A DNA stretch of 64,000 bases from Thermoplasmata archaeon (GTDB lineage: Archaea; Thermoplasmatota; Thermoplasmata; RBG-16-68-12). Under the pieces are notes generated by a model. It saw nothing but the letters and a program-made list of their open reading frames with translations, was not told the DNA's origin and did no database searches. The DNA lies in NCBI GenBank assembly GCA_035283985.1, contig DATESQ010000026.1:644-64643 (forward strand). The letters are read 5' to 3'. Made by a program: the position numbers and the translations under genes. Every line of letters begins with the position of its first letter. Within the stretch, counting starts at the first letter, position 1. Shown here piece by piece: positions 28,045 to 36,188 of this stretch.

Positions 28045-29226
28045 TTAGCGGTCCTCCCGCCCACGGTAGAATTTCCGTCCGTGGGCGCGCAGTTCGTCCC
28101 ACGTCATCACGGACGTCTCGTCCGTGCCCGAGTCGATGATCGTGATCCGCGACGTGCAGCTCAGACACGGGTCGATCGCCGCGACGACGACGGGGATGTC
28201 CGCGATGTGGTTCCCCGGAAGGCTTGCCGCCACGGAGGTCCAGTTCGCGAGGGTCGGCGTGCGGATGTCGAGGCGTTCGACGTGGTCCCCTCCGCTCGTG
28301 CGGATGTAGTGGACGAGCTCGCCGCGCGGGGCCTCGTAGCGGCTCACGACGTCCGCCTTCGGGGCTACGCGCGGCGACGTGACCTTGAGCGACCCCGCCG
28401 GCAGATTCCGGAGTGCGTACTCCGTAATCCGCACGCTCTCCTCGAGTTCCCCGATGCGAACCCGGGTGCGGCCGAGGACGTCGCCCGCGTCGTCTGTGAC
28501 GATCTTGAACGGGATCTCCTCGTACGCGGCGTACGGGTCGTCCTTCCGGATGTCGTAGTCGACGGAGCTCGCACGGGCTGTCGGGCCGACGGTCCCGTAC
28601 CGCAAGGCCTCCTCGCGGCTCAGGCGGCCGATCCCCTTGAAGCGAACGCGGATCGTACGCTCCCCTTCGATGATCTCCGCGTACTTCGTGAACCGGCCGT
28701 GAAGCGGCTTGAGACGGATCAACGTTCGGGCGATGAGGGCCTCGCTCACGTCCCGCCGTACGCCGCCGATCTCGTTCATCCCGTAGTTCACGCGGTTCCC
28801 CGTGAGCTCCTCGAGGACGTCCTGGACGATCTCGCGGTCCCGCCACGTCCACATGAAGAGCGTGTTGAACCCGATCTCGTGGGCCGCGACGCCGAGCCAC
28901 AGGAGGTGGGAGTGCATCCGCTCGAGCTCCCCGATGACGGTTCGCAGGTATTGCGCCCGCCGCGGAACTGTGAGCCCCATCACTTCCTCGATCCCCTTCA
29001 CGAACGCGGTCGCGTGGCTGTGGCTACAGATCCCGCACACGCGCTCGAGGAGCGGGACGACCTTCACGAAGTCCCGGGACTCCGCGGCCTTCTCGATTCC
29101 GCGGTGGTTGTACGAGATATCGAGCTCAAGGCGCTTGATCAACTCGCCCTCCGCGATCACGCGGAAGCTCACGGGCTCCTTCAGGGCCGGGTGCTGCGGG
29201 CCGATCGGAATGAGGACTTCCGACAT
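28045..29226 (-). CDS. group 4 [NiFe]-hydrogenase large (catalytic) subunit, NuoD-like
   Basis: 393 aa. N-terminal RVCGICSHSH and C-terminal DPCLSCTSR Ni-Fe ligand pairs are both present. The extension after DPCLSCTSR (ITIIDSG..) is a substrate for HycI-type cleavage. Confidence 0.85.
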   Translation of the reverse strand: MSEVLIPIGPQHPALKEPVSFRVIAEGELIKRLELDISYNHRGIEKAAESRDFVKVVPLLERVCGICSHSHATAFVKGIEEVMGLTVPRRAQYLRTVIGELERMHSHLLWLGVAAHEIGFNTLFMWTWRDREIVQDVLEELTGNRVNYGMNEIGGVRRDVSEALIARTLIRLKPLHGRFTKYAEIIEGERTIRVRFKGIGRLSREEALRYGTVGPTARASSVDYDIRKDDPYAAYEEIPFKIVTDDAGDVLGRTRVRIGELEESVRITEYALRNLPAGSLKVTSPRVAPKADVVSRYEAPRGELVHYIRTSGGDHVERLDIRTPTLANWTSVAASLPGNHIADIPVVVAAIDPCLSCTSRITIIDSGTDETSVMTWDELRAHGRKFYRGREDR

Positions 29227-29703
29227 TCACCGCACCTCCTCGGGCGCCCCGCCATACGATTTCGCAGGGTCCATCTTCCAGTCCTTGCGGAGCGGGAACT
29301 CCCCCTCGGGCCAGTCCTCGTTCAGGATGATTCGTCCGAGGTTCGGGTGGCCGTCGAACGTGATCCCGAGGAGGTCGTGGATCTGCCGCTCGTAGATCCC
29401 CGCGGGCGGGAGGAGGTCGTGGACGGACCGAATCTTCGGCCGGTCCCGCGGCAGGAGGGTTCGAATCGACAGGACCGTGCGGTGCGCCCCCGTGAGGAGA
29501 TAGAAGAGCTCGAACTCATGGCCCGTATCTATCGTGGCGATCTGGACGAGATGGTCGCATTGCAGCCGCGACGTCGCGCTCCGGAGGGCGGCGCGGATCC
29601 GGCCCGGGGTGGTCGTGACCTGGACCCGGTTCCGCCGGATGGCCTCGACCGGCCCGATGTCCGCCATCGCCTCGGAAACCTCCGCGGAAGTGAGGTATGT
29701 CAT
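29227..29703 (-). CDS. membrane-bound hydrogenase NuoC-like subunit (MbhK/EchD-like)
   Basis: 158 aa from MTYLTSAEV.. The track ORF is over-extended upstream. Confidence 0.7.
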   Translation of the reverse strand: MTYLTSAEVSEAMADIGPVEAIRRNRVQVTTTPGRIRAALRSATSRLQCDHLVQIATIDTGHEFELFYLLTGAHRTVLSIRTLLPRDRPKIRSVHDLLPPAGIYERQIHDLLGITFDGHPNLGRIILNEDWPEGEFPLRKDWKMDPAKSYGGAPEEVR

Positions 29704-30203
29704 GGCGCCACCTCCAGGGGCTGTGGCACGGCCTTCCGCTTCGCCCGCCACTCCTTCCCGCCATGGGCCATGTCCTGCTCGATGAGGCCGAGGATCTTGA
29801 CGATGCCATCGATGATCTCGTCGGGCCGTGGCGGGCAGCCTGCGACGTACATGTCTGGTGGAATTACGGCATCGACGCCGTCCAGCACATGGTAGAGCCC
29901 CTTGAACACCCCGCCCGTCGCGCCGCACGCGCCCATCGCGAGGACGTACTTCGGCTCCGGCATCTGGTCGTAGATCATCCGAAGCCGCTTCCCCTGCTTG
30001 CGCGTGACGGGCCCCGTGACGATGAGGATGTCCGCATGGCGGGGCGTCCCCTTCGCGAGGATGCCGAGGCGCTCGACGTCGAACCGCGGCGTGAGGGCGG
30101 CGAGGACCTCGATGTCGCACGCGTTGCACGCCCCGCTGTTGAACAGGATGATCCACGGCGACTTCTGGCGGGCCCAAGACACGAGACGCTTCGACAGCGA
30201 CAT
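29700..30203 (-). CDS. [NiFe]-hydrogenase small subunit, NuoB-like (MbhJ/EchC-like)
   Basis: 167 aa from MSLSKRLVSWARQKSPW.. Proximal-cluster cysteines GACNACD, GACGATGG, GCPPRP. Confidence 0.8.
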   Translation of the reverse strand: MSLSKRLVSWARQKSPWIILFNSGACNACDIEVLAALTPRFDVERLGILAKGTPRHADILIVTGPVTRKQGKRLRMIYDQMPEPKYVLAMGACGATGGVFKGLYHVLDGVDAVIPPDMYVAGCPPRPDEIIDGIVKILGLIEQDMAHGGKEWRAKRKAVPQPLEVAP

Positions 30204-30529
30204 CAGTTCCACCTCAGGACAACGACGGAGACGGTGATAAGTGCGAGGTACAGCACAGCGCCCCAGGGCACGACGTCTCGAGGCGCGGTCGCGACGACGA
30301 TCGCGGCGACGTGCATGAGCGTGAAGAAGAGGGCGACGTGGAAGAATTCGTAGCTCGGCCTGTACACCTGTCCGGGGATTGGTTCGCCGCCCGTGTACGC
30401 CTGGGTTTTCATCCCTTGGGGCTGAAACGGCGGTGCGATGCGGGCGGACCACAGGTAGAGGAGCCAACCCGCGAGGACCATGGCGCCGAACCAGAGGATG
30501 GGGGAACCGAGGATCTCGTCGATCGTCAC
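30203..30529 (-). CDS. small membrane subunit of the hydrogenase complex (NuoA/MbhI-like), GTG start
   Basis: About 108 aa, 3 TM (VTIDEILGSPILWFGAMVLAGWLLYLW..). GTGA overlap with the upstream gene stop. Start is inferred. Confidence 0.5.
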   Translation of the reverse strand: MTIDEILGSPILWFGAMVLAGWLLYLWSARIAPPFQPQGMKTQAYTGGEPIPGQVYRPSYEFFHVALFFTLMHVAAIVVATAPRDVVPWGAVLYLALITVSVVVLRWN

Positions 30530-31989
30530 GTCTGCGCACCCCCGAGCAATGTCCGAGCTGCGTCCTCGATGAGCCGCAGAGCAGGATCCGGCCAGACCCC
30601 GAGGAGGAGGACGAGCACCGCGAAGGCGATGACGGGACCTGTCAGGAGCCATGAAGCGCGGGGGCTGTCTCTCGTCCCGTTCCGCGCGAGGAGTCCCGTC
30701 AGGGCCGGCACGTAGTACGCCAACGATAGAACGCTGTTCGCAATCAGCGCGACGACGAAAAACACTCCGAGGGCCCCGCCCGCTTGGACCGCGCCCGTCG
30801 CGATGAACAGCTTGCTGAGGAAGCCTGCCGTGGGGGGCACGCCGGCGAGCCCGAGCGCGAACAGGGCAAACGTCAACCCTGCAGCGGGAATCCGGCGACC
30901 CGCACCACGGAGCTTGTCAAGGTCTCGCGTGCCGTATGTATCCTGCAGGACCCCTGCCGCCAAGAACGCGCCGCCCTTCATCAGCGCGTGGTTCAGGATG
31001 TGGAACAGGCCGCCGACGAGGGCGATCGCGATGCCGTACTCGAGTCCGATGCCCAGGCCGAGCAGGATGTACCCCATCTGGGCGATGCTTGAGTACGCGA
31101 GCAACCGCTTGATGTCTCGCTGATGCATCGCGATCAGGTTGCCCACGGTCATCGTGAGGACGGCGAGGAAGGCGAGGAGCAAGCCGTAGGAGAAAGCGGA
31201 CGACGGCCCGACGCCGAAGATCGCGAGCGCGCGGACCATGGCGAGGAGGCCGCTCTGGATCACGATCCCGCTGAGCATCGCGCTGATTCCGCTCGGGGCC
31301 GCCGCGTGCGCGTCAGGAAGCCACGTGTGCATCGGGACCACTGCGGCCTTCACGCCGAACCCCACCACCAGGAGGCCCGCGGCGAGGAGCGCGAGGTCCC
31401 TCGGGAGGGCGGAGGTCGACAGGGACGCGAGGTCCAGCGTACCCGCGCCGAGGTACACGAAGCCGATGCCGAGGAGGGCGATGGCGGATCCGGTGCCGCT
31501 GATGATGACGTACTTCATCCCCGCCTCGACAGCTTCCGCCCGTTCCCGGTGGAAGGCGACGAGGGCGTAGGACGCGACGGCCATGAGCTCGAAGAACACA
31601 TACAGGTTGAACAGATCGCCTGCGAGGGCGATGCCCGCGATCCCCGCGATCAGGAGCAGGAGGAGGGCGTTGTAGGTCGGACGTTCCCTCTCGTGCCGCA
31701 TGTACGCGAAGGAGTACAACGCCACCGCGAGGCCCAGGCCTGTCCCGACGAGGCCGAGGAAGATTCCGAGGCCGTCCACCCGCAGGGTCACTTCGCCCGC
31801 GGGCGCGTAGGCGGGCGTCGATCCGCTGGAGCCGCCGAGGAGAAGGAAGGAGACGAACGACGCGCCGAGCACGACAACGGCGGTCGCCGCCGACGCATCC
31901 CCGCCACGCCGGACGGCACGGCCCACGGTGAATGCGAGCACGGCGCCCCCGGCGAGGAGCAGAATCGGGAGGAAGGGCGCGACGGTCAT
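30526..31989 (-). CDS. MrpD/NuoN-type antiporter-like subunit 1
   Basis: 487 aa from MTVAPFLPILLLAGG.. About 14 TM, ..WLPDAHAAAPSG.. signature of the NuoL/M/N-MrpA/D family. ATGA overlap with the upstream gene. Confidence 0.8.
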   Translation of the reverse strand: MTVAPFLPILLLAGGAVLAFTVGRAVRRGGDASAATAVVVLGASFVSFLLLGGSSGSTPAYAPAGEVTLRVDGLGIFLGLVGTGLGLAVALYSFAYMRHERERPTYNALLLLLIAGIAGIALAGDLFNLYVFFELMAVASYALVAFHRERAEAVEAGMKYVIISGTGSAIALLGIGFVYLGAGTLDLASLSTSALPRDLALLAAGLLVVGFGVKAAVVPMHTWLPDAHAAAPSGISAMLSGIVIQSGLLAMVRALAIFGVGPSSAFSYGLLLAFLAVLTMTVGNLIAMHQRDIKRLLAYSSIAQMGYILLGLGIGLEYGIAIALVGGLFHILNHALMKGGAFLAAGVLQDTYGTRDLDKLRGAGRRIPAAGLTFALFALGLAGVPPTAGFLSKLFIATGAVQAGGALGVFFVVALIANSVLSLAYYVPALTGLLARNGTRDSPRASWLLTGPVIAFAVLVLLLGVWPDPALRLIEDAARTLLGGAQT

Positions 31990-33635
31990 GCCGCCCCCTC
32001 CCACAGAAGCCAGAGGAGGACGAGCAAGATGCCGAGGGCCACGCCCGCGACGTTCCAGTTCAGGTCCCCCGTCTGGAGCCGTCGGGCGGATCGACCCGCC
32101 TGGGAAACCGCCGCCACGAACCCATCGTACACGACGGCAAAGCCGCGCGCGAGACCCTGGGTGAATCGGACGAGGGCCCGTCCTGCCGCTTCGTACGCAA
32201 CGTCCGCGTCCCGTACCCGCGGCTCGTGAGGGGCGAGGACGACACGTCCGACCGTGACGAACGTCGCCGCGGCGCCGGCGAGCACGAGGCCCGCCTCGAG
32301 GAGGTGGGTCGGAGTCCACGGATCGTATGCGCTCGCAGCGGGCAGGATGCGGAACAGGAGGGCGGGATACGCGCCGATCGCCACGCACAACGCCGCAGTC
32401 CCGACCTGCGCGGACTGCATGGGCCACGGCGGGTCCCGACCGGGCGTGTCGCCCTCCCGGAGGAAGACGAAGTAGCCGAGCTTCAGGAAGGACAGGAACG
32501 TGCCAAAGGAGGCGATCTCGAGGAGGACGCGGAGGGGGAGGAGGTCCTCCGACGCAGCGATGACCATCCCCTTCGACACGTATCCGTTGAACCCGGGGAC
32601 CCCGCTGATGGACAGGGCCGCGATCCAGAACGTGACGGCGGTCACGGGCATTCGACGGCCGAGCCCGCCGAGCCGATCCATCACGTGCTGCCCGGTCGCG
32701 TGGATCACGGCCCCGACGGCCATGAATAGGAGCGCCTTGTACAGGATATGGTTGAACACGTGCGCCATTCCGCCGTTGATGCCTTCGACGGTGCCGAGCC
32801 CCACGCCCGCGACCATGTAGCCGACTTGGCTCACGATGTGGTACGAGAGGAGCTTCCGCATGTCGTTCTGCGCGAGCGCGAAGACGACGCCGTACACGGC
32901 CATCGCGCCCCCCATGAGGGCGATCGCTTCGACGGCCGGAGAGGTCCGCGCGAGGAGGTACACGCCGGCCTTCGTGGTGTACACGCTGAGGAAGACGCTT
33001 GCCGCGATGTGGGGTCGCGGGTACGTGTCCGGAAGCCACGTGTGGAGCGGGATGAACCCTACGTTCACCCCCGCCCCGAGGGCCGTCAGGAAGGACGGCC
33101 AGGAGCCGCTCACGGGCCCCAGCAGGAGGCTTCCGGATTCGACGACCTGCAGGGCGAGGCCGCCCGCGAGGAGGGCGCCCCCGAGCACGTGGAACAGGAG
33201 GTAGCGATACCCTGCGCCGACCGCGGCGCCCCCGTGCTCAAAGACGAGCAGCGTGGACGTGATCGCCATCCCCTCCCAGAAGATGAGAAGGGTAACCACA
33301 TCGCCCGCGAACACGGCTCCGAGGCTCGTCCCTGCGTACAGCAGGGCATACAGGTGGAGCCAGGGTCGCGCGAACGCGGCCGCATATAGGACGCCGAGGA
33401 AGGTGATCAGGGCGAACACGTAGCCGGTGAAAAGGGAGAGCCGATCCGCGCGAAGGAGGACGAGATCGTACTCCATGAAGCGCACGGTCCAACCGACCCC
33501 CTCGGGGAGGAGGAGGGTGAGGGCGAGGGCGAGGCCCGCGAGGACGACAAGCCCGACCCGGCGCGCGCGGCCGCGGGCAAGGAGGACCACGGGCGCGCCG
33601 ACGAGGAAGATGAGGAAGGGCGGCGCGGCAATCAT
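31986..33635 (-). CDS. MrpD/NuoM-type antiporter-like subunit 2
   Basis: 549 aa, ..IPLHTWLPDTYP.. and ..GGMAHVFNHILYKALLFM.. family motifs. Confidence 0.8.
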   Translation of the reverse strand: MIAAPPFLIFLVGAPVVLLARGRARRVGLVVLAGLALALTLLLPEGVGWTVRFMEYDLVLLRADRLSLFTGYVFALITFLGVLYAAAFARPWLHLYALLYAGTSLGAVFAGDVVTLLIFWEGMAITSTLLVFEHGGAAVGAGYRYLLFHVLGGALLAGGLALQVVESGSLLLGPVSGSWPSFLTALGAGVNVGFIPLHTWLPDTYPRPHIAASVFLSVYTTKAGVYLLARTSPAVEAIALMGGAMAVYGVVFALAQNDMRKLLSYHIVSQVGYMVAGVGLGTVEGINGGMAHVFNHILYKALLFMAVGAVIHATGQHVMDRLGGLGRRMPVTAVTFWIAALSISGVPGFNGYVSKGMVIAASEDLLPLRVLLEIASFGTFLSFLKLGYFVFLREGDTPGRDPPWPMQSAQVGTAALCVAIGAYPALLFRILPAASAYDPWTPTHLLEAGLVLAGAAATFVTVGRVVLAPHEPRVRDADVAYEAAGRALVRFTQGLARGFAVVYDGFVAAVSQAGRSARRLQTGDLNWNVAGVALGILLVLLWLLWEGAA

Positions 33636-35101
33636 GGCGTCATCCCCCGCGCGAGGAATCGTGCGATCTCATACGGGCCATAGGGCAGACCCGTCCAGAG
33701 GCCGAGGACGAGCGCGCCGATGGCGGTCGCGAGCACGGGACCGAGCAGGGCCGGCCGTCCCTCCGCGCGCCGCGCGGGCTCGCCCGTGAAGAAGGCGCGG
33801 ACGACGATGGGCAAGAAGTAGGCGATGTTCAAGACGGAGGACGTGACGAGGACGAGGATGAGGATCGCTTGGTCCGCCTCGCCGGCCCCCACGGAAAGGT
33901 ACCACTTGCTCACGAAGGGCGCGAACGGGGGCAAGCTCGCCATCGCCATCGCGGACAGCGTGAAGGCGAGCATGGTCCGGGGCATCCGGCGCCCAATGCC
34001 GTCGAGTTCGCTGACGCGCGTCTTTCCCGTCTCCACAAAGATGCTCCCCGCGACGAAGAACATCGACAGCTTCGCGAACCCGTGAGCGGCGATGTGGAAC
34101 GCGGCACCGAGGAGGGCGGCGGGCGAGAGGAGCGCGGCGCCCAACACGATGTACGAGAGCTGGCTGATGGTCGAGTACGCGAGGCGCAACTTGAGGTTGT
34201 CCTGGACGAGCGCGAAAAGAGAGGCCACGAGGATCGTCGTCGCGGCGACCGCGAGGAGGATGGGCTGGAGGCCGAGGCCGACGACGAGGCCCGGGCCGAG
34301 GAAAAAGTGGAGCGTCCGCAGGAGGCCGAACACGCCCGCCTTCACGACCGCCACCGCGTGGAGGAGGCCGCTCACGGGGGTCGGGGCGATCATCGCGGAC
34401 GGGAGCCATCCGTGGAGGGGCACGAGGGTCGCCTTGACTCCGAAGCCGGCGACGAGGAGGAACGCGACGGCTTGGGCCACCTGCGTGGGCAGCTCCCGGA
34501 GGGCCGGGTTGCCGCCCGCGACGAACGAGACGTCGCCCGCGAGGCCGTAGACGATCGCCGTTGCCGCGAGGATGGCGCCTCCGCCTCCGAGGGTGTATAC
34601 GAGGTACTTCCGACCCGCGCGGAACGCATCCTCGGACTCCTCGTGGACGACGAGCGGGTACGTGGAGACCGTGAGGATCTCGTAGAACACGAGGAGGCTG
34701 AACAGGTTCGCGGAGAGGGCGACACCCATCGTGGCACCGATCACGAGAGCGAAGAACGCGTAGTACCGGGTCTGCGCGTGCTCGCGGAGGTCCCGCATGT
34801 AGCCGATGGAGTAGACCGTGGTGAGGATCCACAGGAACGACGCGACCGTGGCGAAGAGGAGTCCGAGGGGGTCCGCCCGGAGGTGGACCGCGAGGCCGGG
34901 AGCCACCCTGAAGACGACGACTTCCGGCGAGGATCCCGTGAAGACGGACGGCAACAGGCTCGCGGAAAACACAAACGTCACGATGGCGGTCACGACGCTC
35001 AGGGCTTCCCGCGGATTGGGTCGGCGGCGAAGTGCAAGGATTCCTGGCGCGGCGAGAAACGGGACGAACACCGTGAGGAGGAGGGCGAAGTCCAGGCTCA
35101 T
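33632..35101 (-). CDS. MrpD/NuoL-type antiporter-like subunit 3
   Basis: 489 aa, ..LVPLHGWLPSAMIAPTPVSGLLHA.. family motif. Confidence 0.8.
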   Translation of the reverse strand: MSLDFALLLTVFVPFLAAPGILALRRRPNPREALSVVTAIVTFVFSASLLPSVFTGSSPEVVVFRVAPGLAVHLRADPLGLLFATVASFLWILTTVYSIGYMRDLREHAQTRYYAFFALVIGATMGVALSANLFSLLVFYEILTVSTYPLVVHEESEDAFRAGRKYLVYTLGGGGAILAATAIVYGLAGDVSFVAGGNPALRELPTQVAQAVAFLLVAGFGVKATLVPLHGWLPSAMIAPTPVSGLLHAVAVVKAGVFGLLRTLHFFLGPGLVVGLGLQPILLAVAATTILVASLFALVQDNLKLRLAYSTISQLSYIVLGAALLSPAALLGAAFHIAAHGFAKLSMFFVAGSIFVETGKTRVSELDGIGRRMPRTMLAFTLSAMAMASLPPFAPFVSKWYLSVGAGEADQAILILVLVTSSVLNIAYFLPIVVRAFFTGEPARRAEGRPALLGPVLATAIGALVLGLWTGLPYGPYEIARFLARGMTP

Positions 35102-35409
35102 CCCTGCAGCCTCCGGATCGACGCAACGCTCAGGGATCCCGTCGTGCGGTGCACGTTGACCATCACCGCGAGCGCAAGGGCAGCGACCGCGACTTCAATC
35201 ACGATAATCGTGAACACGATTGCCTGCGCGGTCCCGAGCTGGTCCCGTGCATTCCCCGCCGCGAGAAACGTGAGGGTGACGCCCTTCGTCATGATCACGA
35301 GGCCGAACAGAACGCGGACCAAGCTCTCGCGCGCGACGATTCCATACAGCCCAAGGGCAAAGAGAGCGAACGCAAAACCGAACGTCACGGCGAGGAACGA
35401 ATCACCCAT
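35098..35409 (-). CDS. MrpC/NuoK-like small membrane subunit (MbhG-like)
   Basis: 103 aa, 3 TM, 4-nt overlap with the downstream antiporter gene. Confidence 0.7.
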   Translation of the reverse strand: MGDSFLAVTFGFAFALFALGLYGIVARESLVRVLFGLVIMTKGVTLTFLAAGNARDQLGTAQAIVFTIIVIEVAVAALALAVMVNVHRTTGSLSVASIRRLQG

Positions 35410-35647
35410 GGCGGTCGCCTCCCCGGTCCTCGCGGAGGAGAAGCATCACGGCGAGCGAGCCGACGAGGAGGATGAGCGCTTGGACCGTGAGGTCAAGGCC
35501 CCGGGTTCGCCAGAGCGCTTCGCCCAGCCACGCCGGGCTCGTCGCGTCGTCCGGCTCAGCCGTCAGCGCCGGGATGATGGTCACTACCAGGACCACGGCG
35601 AGCGTTGCGGACGCCGCGACGGCGAGCGCCGTTTTCGCCCCTCTCAT
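35402..35647 (-). CDS. MrpB-like (C-terminal-half) small membrane subunit
   Basis: 81 aa from MRGAKTALAVAASATLAVVLVV.., 2-3 TM. The track ORF is over-extended. Confidence 0.5.
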   Translation of the reverse strand: MRGAKTALAVAASATLAVVLVVTIIPALTAEPDDATSPAWLGEALWRTRGLDLTVQALILLVGSLAVMLLLREDRGGDRHG

Positions 35648-35952
35648 CTGGAGGCCCCCACATCGTGCCCTTCGCCCGTCAGGGTGATTGCGACGAGAAA
35701 GAGGACCGCAATGAGTCCCGCGCCGACGGTGAGTTCGAGGACCGCTGCGAACGGTGCGCCGAGGACAAAGAACGTGGCCGAGAGGAATGCGCTGCCCCCC
35801 GCGAACGCGGCGATGGCCCGGACCGTGTCTTTCACATGCAGCGCAACGGCGAGAAGCGTAAAGGACGATCCAAGGAGTCCGGCCTGGACCCACAAGAGGG
35901 CTACCTCGACCGCCAACGACCTTCCTCTTCGCCGGTGGAACGAGCGAGACAA
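35644..35952 (-). CDS. MrpB/MnhB-domain small membrane subunit; first gene of the hydrogenase operon
   Basis: 102 aa, 3 TM (..VEVALLWVQAGLLGSSFTLLAVALH..). No MrpE/F/G-like genes lie upstream; a 237-bp intergenic region follows. Confidence 0.5.
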   Translation of the reverse strand: MSRSFHRRRGRSLAVEVALLWVQAGLLGSSFTLLAVALHVKDTVRAIAAFAGGSAFLSATFFVLGAPFAAVLELTVGAGLIAVLFLVAITLTGEGHDVGASR

Positions 35953-36043
35953 ACGGATATGGAGACGGTATATATACCGCGGAGACGGAATATACTCAGG
36001 GGCTCACACCCCCGCCGACGCCCCTGTGCGAATCGCCCGCGGG

Positions 36044-36080
36044 CGCTTTCACGGACGGGCGGAACTTCTCGACGATATGC
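36044..36080. repeat. direct repeat copy A (37 nt, non-coding)
   Basis: CGCTTTCACGGACGGGCGGAACTTCTCGACGATATGC. Matches 38163-38199 at 34/37, including a 23-nt perfect core TTCACGGACGGGCGGAACTTCTC. Confidence 0.8.
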
Positions 36081-36188
36081 GTCCCTTTTCCGATTGACCA
36101 GACCGAGCGAGACGGATGGGGCGGGATCCCTTCAGACCACGACCGTCTTGGTCGTGTTGACCCGACAGGCCCTGTTTCGTGATAAGTT

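Noticed and set aside
33669-36097. 485-aa (-) and 742-aa (+) ORFs overlapping the antiporter subunit genes
   Set aside because: Shadow frames of the GC-rich MrpD-like genes. The translations are Arg/Gly/Pro-rich without motifs, whereas the annotated frame gives canonical antiporter TM sequence.
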